From the NCBI GenBank assembly GCA_964199315.1, contig OZ116699.1, forward strand, positions 20,522,001 to 20,586,000: a stretch of DNA of 64,000 nt. Reading direction: 5' to 3'. The notes under the pieces are model-generated. The model ran no database searches. It was not told where the DNA came from and saw only the letters and a program-made list of their open reading frames with translations. The translations under genes and the position numbers were made by a program. Position 1 is the first letter of the stretch; every line of letters begins with the position of its first letter. Positions 55,983-64,000 of this stretch are shown piece by piece. The DNA comes from Orbicella franksi (Eukaryota).

Positions 55983-58900
55983 AATAAACAGTAAATACTC
56001 TCCAGAATTAACGCTGATTTAAGTCAGAATCAAGTTTAAATTTTTCGGGTTTATCGCCATTCAGGTCCAAGAACTAACTAAGGTTGAATCCTAAGATCAG
56101 CTCAGTATCATGATGCACAATTTGAAAATGCTGAGTACATGGACAGTTGCTACACTGAGTACACTATGGTACACTGATCAGTAGTGCCCCAGCCTCCCTC
56201 CCCTTCAAGCAGGCCAAGAGATTGCTCTGAACTGAGCCTATTGACAGACATATTCTTTCCAGTCACCTTTACGGCCGATACTACCACATGGAATAAGTCA
56301 CAATTTCTTGTCATCGTCTGGATAAAACTGTTGTGATATTGCCTGAACGTTGAAGACTATTAACCTCATGGGTCCTTATGTCTGCGGCGTCTACACCGTG
56401 TCTATTGGCAAATTAAAACGCACATTGCAGCCTTTATTATGTGGATGTTGCACGTGTCGAGCCAGACAAAAAGTCTATCGCATTTGACGTCGGTATTAAT
56501 CCATGAATTGACATGAAAGACATTTGTCCTTCATGATCATACACGAAATTTGTTAGTGTTTAATTACTCGGTTGAGTGGGCCGCTATGCGTGGGCTGCGA
56601 GACGCCGCCTACAAAAAAACCCACGCAGTTGAAAATTACACATGTCACTTTTCGTATTGTGTTTGTTTAGACTTCAGTAAACACAGTTGAAAAAGTATTT
56701 GCTTTTGGAATCAGCCGAGAAACGGAATAAATAAAGCATGCTTAGCTCATTTACTTTGGTGTGTTTGATGTCAGAGGTTCTTATAATGCCATGACTTTTG
56801 TTATCGCACGAAGTTTTATGTCGTAGTCGTCTTATTAAACTCAAGAGATTAGAATATCATGCTTTATGGCTGCTAATCTGTCTTGATCTTGAAATAAAAG
56901 AAACACAGCAATTAACTTTCCTATAGCCATCTCAGGCGAATAATTCCATGACGGCAATAAATTATTCTAGGGCTACTCAACCTTTCCACTTCTGAATCAT
57001 TTGGTCCGTATTAGGCACATTTAGAAGACCTGATACAAAGCTATGCCAGCTCCTCACGTCAACATATTTGCGATAATGACCCGTGGTAAGTGTATCAGAC
57101 ATTTTTTCTCTTTTTTTTTTCTGATTACTTACGGCTTAGAGTTAGGTTTGCAACCTTTCGTGATCCAAGTGAAAGGCAGCATTTTTGCGATAATACACTG
57201 AGCTGAACCTTGGCTAAAAATCGTCTCCAGTAAAGAACCTCGTGTATAAATTTTTTTCTTTGCGACTTGAATCAAAGATGTCCATGGCACGGGGCAGGGA
57301 CTTTGTCCATCATTTGGTTCATGTGTTTTGATGTAGTATAGACCGGAAACATTGCCGGACTTTGCAGCAATGTCGTATTATCGTCAGCAGGAATTGTTGA
57401 TCCTGTTACTGATAATCTCTGAGTCGATTCTTATTAGAATAATGTTTTAAAACACTTGTTTATTTCAAAACAATGCGTCAATTAGGCAACAGCTGCAAAA
57501 TGCTTTTATAACCACTTACAATTACTTTCGCGTGGGTCTGTAATTTCAATTTGTCTTCACTAACTCAATAACAGTCAAAGAACTGAACTTTTGTAGACCT
57601 CAGGATACGATATTTTTCAACAGAAAGAGAGGAAATCGCGCTTGATCTTGAATGCAGCCATGCCGGCGGCGTCTTACAGCCACTAACCGCGAGAGTTTTG
57701 CCACATAAAACAAACTGTGAGTCGTACGCCATTAATAATGCAGAAAATAAAATCTGGGTAGTTTAGGAAGCAAATAGAATAACACAATGGAAAGCATTCT
57801 TCAAATTAGATATCTTACCTCAGTGTTTCGTCTCTGGTAGTGCCTAATTGAAATGAAACAACTTTAAAATTAAGATCTTACTCTTACTCCTACTTACTTA
57901 CATTTAGGCAGCATTTTCATTGTTAATTCGCCATGAATCATTCGGAGATACAAGAATTTTTAGGGATCAGCCGGTGGTACTTCAAGTATAATACAAGTTA
58001 TTTGTTTTTAAGTTGTTTGTTTGTTTTCTAGACTGGTTCAGATTTAACATAACTTTTCAATTAGTCACGGGATGGAGCTCCGTTAAGCAGCTGACTAGAG
58101 GTCATGATCATGACTTTATACTGCCGTTATAACGTTAGTAAATGGCTTGAAACTTCAGCGTCTAACCTATCACGCTGACCGAAAGTATATCACATGGCAG
58201 TTTTTTCAGTTCTTGGTAAGAATATTAAAGTTACAAATCTACCACCTACACTTGGGCGAAAGGAAGATGGAGAGAGGAGAAAGATGGAGAGGACTATACA
58301 AACGGAAACATGAAACCAAATAAAACGGAAACTAGCTGGAAAACTTGGGACTCAAGCTTGTTTGTTCAGTCTCGGACTATGCCCCTTTTGAGCTTGCATT
58401 GACGGAAAACGGGTCCTTGTTGGTTGTCATTGGCTGCGCCGGGTTCGCTTTGTACACAATTGCGACAGACAACCGGATGAAAATGCGAGAGACGAGGTCG
58501 CGTAAAACTGTAAACACCTCAGACAAACTTTGCCAGCCCATCGCATGCAAAATTAATCGGCTAACGAGACGACAAAAAAAATGTTGTGTTGAGTCAACTA
58601 TGACTTCAGTGTACTGTAGAAAGACTATGCCGCTGAGGGGTTTGTAACTAGCCCGTGTAATGAAATGATAATCAGAGATAGCTTATATCATTTCGCGGTA
58701 GCCATTTGAAGACATAAATCAATCGTCTCAGTTTTTTACTATCTGACAACACCTGTCACAGGTAGTTGTCGCTCTACAGTCTTGAGCTGACAAATTCAGT
58801 TATCGGTTATGAGAACCCAGAAATGTTCCCTGGGTAATGGAGGACAGCTGATCAAACGCCAAGATAGACTGTTTGCACGCTTTGACTGCCAATTGTACAA

Positions 58901-61060
58901 ACAAGTCTCCTCACAGGCCCACAAAGATAATTTAGACTTCTACATTCAACATTTTCCCCTAGGGCCCACTTTAATTTCTAAATTGCGGTCGTCTCATGTA
59001 TAATTTATCACCGGGCCTAAGAACTGTAGCCTTATCTTAACTAATCGACCACAAAAATTTACTCAAATGGTTGCGAAAATTAAAAAAACAGAAACATTCA
59101 CTCGGTCACACAATGGGAAAAGTTAAAGGAAGAAACCGTGGCTTGCGTTTACTGAATCAGTTGAAATGTGTTCTCCATCAAGGTCTATTTTTCCATGGTT
59201 ACCGATATAAAGATACGCTCTGACGATATATAAATCTCTAGGGCCATATTTCACTCGTGGTTTCTTTTCTATGAAAATATTTTCACAACAAAAGCAAGCT
59301 GCTGCGCCGCTTTTGTTTCATTTATTGTCGCGTGTTGTTACAACTGTTTCGTAGGGTTCCGAAACAAAAGGCGTACCCACTGAAACCCTACACAGTCGAA
59401 AGAAATTACTTCCCATGTGCTATTCACGCTTTGAGATTAGTTTAGATGTAATTACAAATTCTTTCTTCGCGTAATCTAACGTAATGAAATCCTCCAATAG
59501 GAACAAGAATGCCAAAGACTGACATTTCCTCTACTCAGACGATGTCTCTCGAGTTTCAACAGGCCCCCTATTTCTGCCCGGATCTGCTTGTCTTGTAAAA
59601 CAAATACGAAAGCTTGCACATGAACGCTAGCAAGACGCAAAAACCCCGGCCGACTGCCGCTAAGGTTAGGTTTCTTGTTAAGAGGGCAGCCTCACGAGTT
59701 AGGTGAATATTCTATTCCTGTACTTCACTACCTGTTCTGCAGTATTATAAAGTGGCGATAGGTTTTCAACCATTAGTTCAAGATAATAAATGACAGCTAC
59801 TGATCTGACATCTCAGGAAAACTAACGCAATTTGTCGGAAAGAATAAATATTTTGAATATACAGTGTTGCATTTTGGCAGTTTATTTTAGTTGATAGCCT
59901 AAAGCTTAATCTACAGGTTCGCGCGTAAGAAATCGGGAATGTTTAGATAAGGGAAGATAAGCGCTCTGTGAAAACACCATATGTCACAATATTTGACAGA
60001 AACTACTTGTGCCATTTTTGCTTTCATAAAATGAGACAAATCAAAGCCTTGGTATATGGTAATTTTGCCGGGTGGTCGTGTCTTGTGAGCACACAGCATG
60101 CGAGCCGTGGCTCAGTGTTTCGAAAGAATGATATTTGAAAGGCTGGCTTTGTAAAGATAATTTACCGGAGGCGATTTACGTTAATGAGGAGCTTCCTACC
60201 TGGCGAAGGAAACACATTTAAGCGAATAAACACTCGACTTCTCATCCGGGATTTCCTAACAAAGGAAACCGCAATCCACAGAGCGCGATAAAAGGTTTGT
60301 CAATATCTGTACATCGTGGTGGGCCTGAACTTCAGCGTTCTGAAATGGCAATTCTTCGGGTAAGTATTCCCTGAAACCACGCTCGATTTGTTCCAAAACA
60401 AAGATCCTTGCATGAAGAACATTTAACGGAGGTTTATTTGCCGTGAAGCTGAGTCTGTAAACGGGTGAAAACAGGCCAATTTAGCCCTTTCCGATTTAGA
60501 CGGCTGATTGTTCCGCATCCTACAGCCGCCTGTCTTGTGGCGGCGGTTTTCTTGTTTCGTCATGCGTTGAATCCTCGCGGCTATTTGCTCGCAGACTTCA
60601 TAGATCAGGGACGGCCTTATAAAAATCTCATCTATCAATTTCAATAAACTAAGGCGAATCCAGTTTTAAACGAAGTTCACATCAAGTGTTCTGTTCAAGC
60701 TCTGTTGAGTTGAGAGGCAAGATGACATCTCTACGGAAAGGAGAAATCCTCATTATTAAGCCAATGAACAGATAACCTGATGCGAAATTTCGAGGACGAG
60801 CTGTGGGGAATCAAACGCTAGAGATACTCACCGCATGTCATTATGCTCTTTAATATAAGTATAGTAACATATGAAAGGAAAAGCCATTTAAGAATGCTCA
60901 TTAGCCATTTGTAAAGATCGCTTAAACTAGCTGCTCTGTTGACACAAATTCAGGTGAAATTGCGGGCGTGAGGTTTTTATTTGGATCTCGGGACACTTTG
61001 CGTTCAAAGATCATCAGTTGGTGTTGACGAGAAGAGGTTTTAAAACGTCTTGATCAATCA

Positions 61061-61280
<220 letters not shown>

Positions 61281-64000
61281 TAGAAACAGTAGCAGGGATG
61301 TGTGACTGCCTTTTTAGAATCCTTACATGTCGACATGATCTTTCAAAGCGCAGCCCAGGGCGTTGAAAGATGATGGAATTAGAGCTCTAGGAGCAGGGCG
61401 AGTTCGCCATTCTCTTCTGCTGTTATGCCCCAAGGCTGGCCAGATGTTCATTTATTATGCACGCTCGTCAAACGCTATTTATTTTGTTATTAGTTTAACT
61501 CAGTGACGCCAAGCATTTAGACGCTTATAAATAACACGCTCGAAGGCTGTCATTCAGCGTGGCACGCGCGCAGACAATGTGAAGTGGCTTTTGTATTCTA
61601 TTCTTCTCGCGCTCTCGTCATTATGAAACAGTTTGCCAGCTAAAGATTGAGAAATTGGTCTTCCACAATAACCTATTATCGGCCAGCCCGATTTATTCAC
61701 AAAATAGTTTGCCTGTGACGGGTCCCAAGTGATTTCTTTCGCACTTCACGGAGAATAATTACATTTAATTACTTTCAACTAAGAGCATTTACTCTATATA
61801 TGTAGCTTCGTTTTGCATACTAAGTAAGTCGGAGATTATCTTGACAAAATTCCTCCAAGAATGTCTTTTCTTTGCCCATTCTTTCCATAAGATATCCCGA
61901 GGTTTTGAGGTTTATTTGTGGTTATAACTCGCGGTGATATTAATTTTCGTCGCTATTTGAAACGGGAAGTATTCCCGCTGGGACAAAGTTGTACAATATT
62001 AATAGGACCCCTGCGGTTTTGTATTTGTTTGTGCTTATAATCTTAGCTTTTTAGGCTATGAAAACCTTGTTTTTGTGTAGAGCGAGATTGGCCACGATTT
62101 CAAAGAGGAGATAAGTTTATGCACTCGTCGCGCAGCAGTAAAATAAGTCTCGCATTGTGTTTGGTCATGGGCGAGAGTGTAATTTAGATTTCCGTGAAGG
62201 CCGCCCTGTAGCAAGTCATAACAAGAAAGCGGAACGTCATCTTTCAAAGCTGAACAATACGATAACAATGTGCGATAACTTTATCATTAAAGTAAACATG
62301 GTGTATTCACTAGATTAGACCTAGTATTAGCTTGCTTTTGTAAAAAATTGAGACAATTTGAAAAGGCTGTTGTACGTGCCGAATTGTTCTCAAGTCGTCT
62401 CAAAGCTAGAACATTTTCAAGAGCACCATTAAGCGAGGGCACGATAGAGAGGTCTTTCGAAAGATATATCGCCCCGTTGTTCACATCCTTCAGTTTTTAA
62501 GTGGTTTTTGGTTAATCTTTGAGACTTGAATCCTCGACTGTATGTCAAAAATTTAACCGTGTCGCTGGCGCGAATTCTTTCCCAAATTGTTCAGGGTTAC
62601 CTCGCGCGCGGAAGGGATTAATACCGTTAAACGAAGGAACCTTTGTTCTTTTCCCGACCAAACAAGACAAAATGTTTGCAGATTGTTTCTCAAGTTGTTG
62701 CTGAATTTCGTCATGGGAGAGAGAGGTCAGACTAATGCTCCGCTCTGCTAATCTTATCAAAACCGTGACGAGAAATCTCTTGATCAGATAAAGGCATTGG
62801 TGTTAAACCTCTATTAATGGAGAAGAATACGTCACGGGGAAAAGACGAAAGCTCTAAAGACTTGAACATTAAACGTAGATAAAAAAAAAAAAAAAAAGCG
62901 CTACTTTTACAGCTGAACGAAAGGATTAATACAAAACGCGTTCCTCATTTGCCAGTACAATTAAATCTTCCAGAAGCTGCAAAATTAAAACAGGCCAACA
63001 TTTTAGCACAACACACCCCCGGAACACACCGTGATAGCAATGTTTGGATTTTATTTGCTCGGATGACTGAGATACGAGATCAGCTTCGCAACATGCGGTT
63101 CCGTCCTTTCTCAATGAAATATCATTAACTCATCATCAGAAGACCTTCTGAAAAGAATGAATACCATTTTAATTGCTTTTCTGTGTTTGACAAGTTGATT
63201 GTGAAGATAAATGGACCATTTTGATGGAATAAGACAATAGTTTATTATGGAATCAGTCAGTGTTCTTTGTGTTATAGGCCTTATAGAAAACATACTTGGA
63301 AAAATCAAACAAAGCTGAACGTGTGTCTTAAATACGGCTCGGTATTTTGATTGGCAACGAAGAAACGGTCGCCTTCCATTTGATACCTATCTTGTTGGCG
63401 CTTTTTAAAACAAATGTATATCTTTCATATCCATCAATGTCAATCGCTTTTCAGTTCGATGTAACAGATGACAACAAAGATTAAAACATCACGCACTACG
63501 GAAGCTCAGTGTTGTTTTGAGGAGAAAAATTATTGGTTCAGCGAAAAATGATGAAGATTTTTAATGTAATGCGGATACTCGCAATCAGTGCGCCCAAAGT
63601 ACAAGGCAGTTTGCTATTGTCATTTTCATGTTAATCGAAAATCTGGACGTTATTTGAAAATAAAATTACTGAAGATTGCATCAAAATGTATCAAATGAGA
63701 TAAAGAAGCGCTCTTTTATAATCAGCAGTGCTAGATCTTTATTTTCTGTTGTAATCGGCTTAAGAAATTCGAAACACTTGAAATCTGCAACGTAGTATTT
63801 TGACTTTTTTTTTTCTCAGAATTGTTTAAGTTTAAGTTTAAGTTTAATAATACTTTGTCATGAAAAACAAAAAGTACATGACTGGAGAATAATTGGGGGA
63901 AACTAAATTTCCATACAAAGTTTGGCAGTTTGTTGGCTTGTAAACTGAGGTATTTGACACTGGTTTCGCTGTTCTTTTCCTCGAAAATGAAAATTTAGTT

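Overview
Eukaryotic, intron-containing genomic window, most likely from an anthozoan cnidarian such as a stony coral (inferred from gene set, short introns and repeat types; not provable from sequence alone). Six protein-coding genes were assembled by hand from GT-AG splice sites and phase continuity: RMND5A (minus, 8 exons, 389 aa); an intronless RTF2 (plus, 312 aa) head-to-head with it across 180 bp; a full-length LRRK2-type ROCO kinase (minus, 13 exons, 2647 aa, one 3.4-kb exon); and a Polycomb PCGF cluster of PCGF1 (plus, 10 exons), PCGF3 (minus, 9 exons) and the 5' end of PCGF5 (plus, continues past the window). Introns and intergenic DNA hold a near-intact LINE reverse transcriptase, tRNA-derived SINEs, a hAT relic and many MITEs, some nested. 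Highlights: (1) the LRRK2 has Cys at the position equivalent to human R1441, i.e. the Parkinson R1441C residue, plus a remodelled ROC switch I and an LRRK1-like Cys cluster in COR; (2) a three-subfamily PCGF cluster with shared exon sizes; (3) paired TE copies that record one-way CpG decay in the RMND5A and LRRK2 gene bodies but not around PCGF3. Comparisons with human proteins are from recalled sequences and need alignment to confirm.
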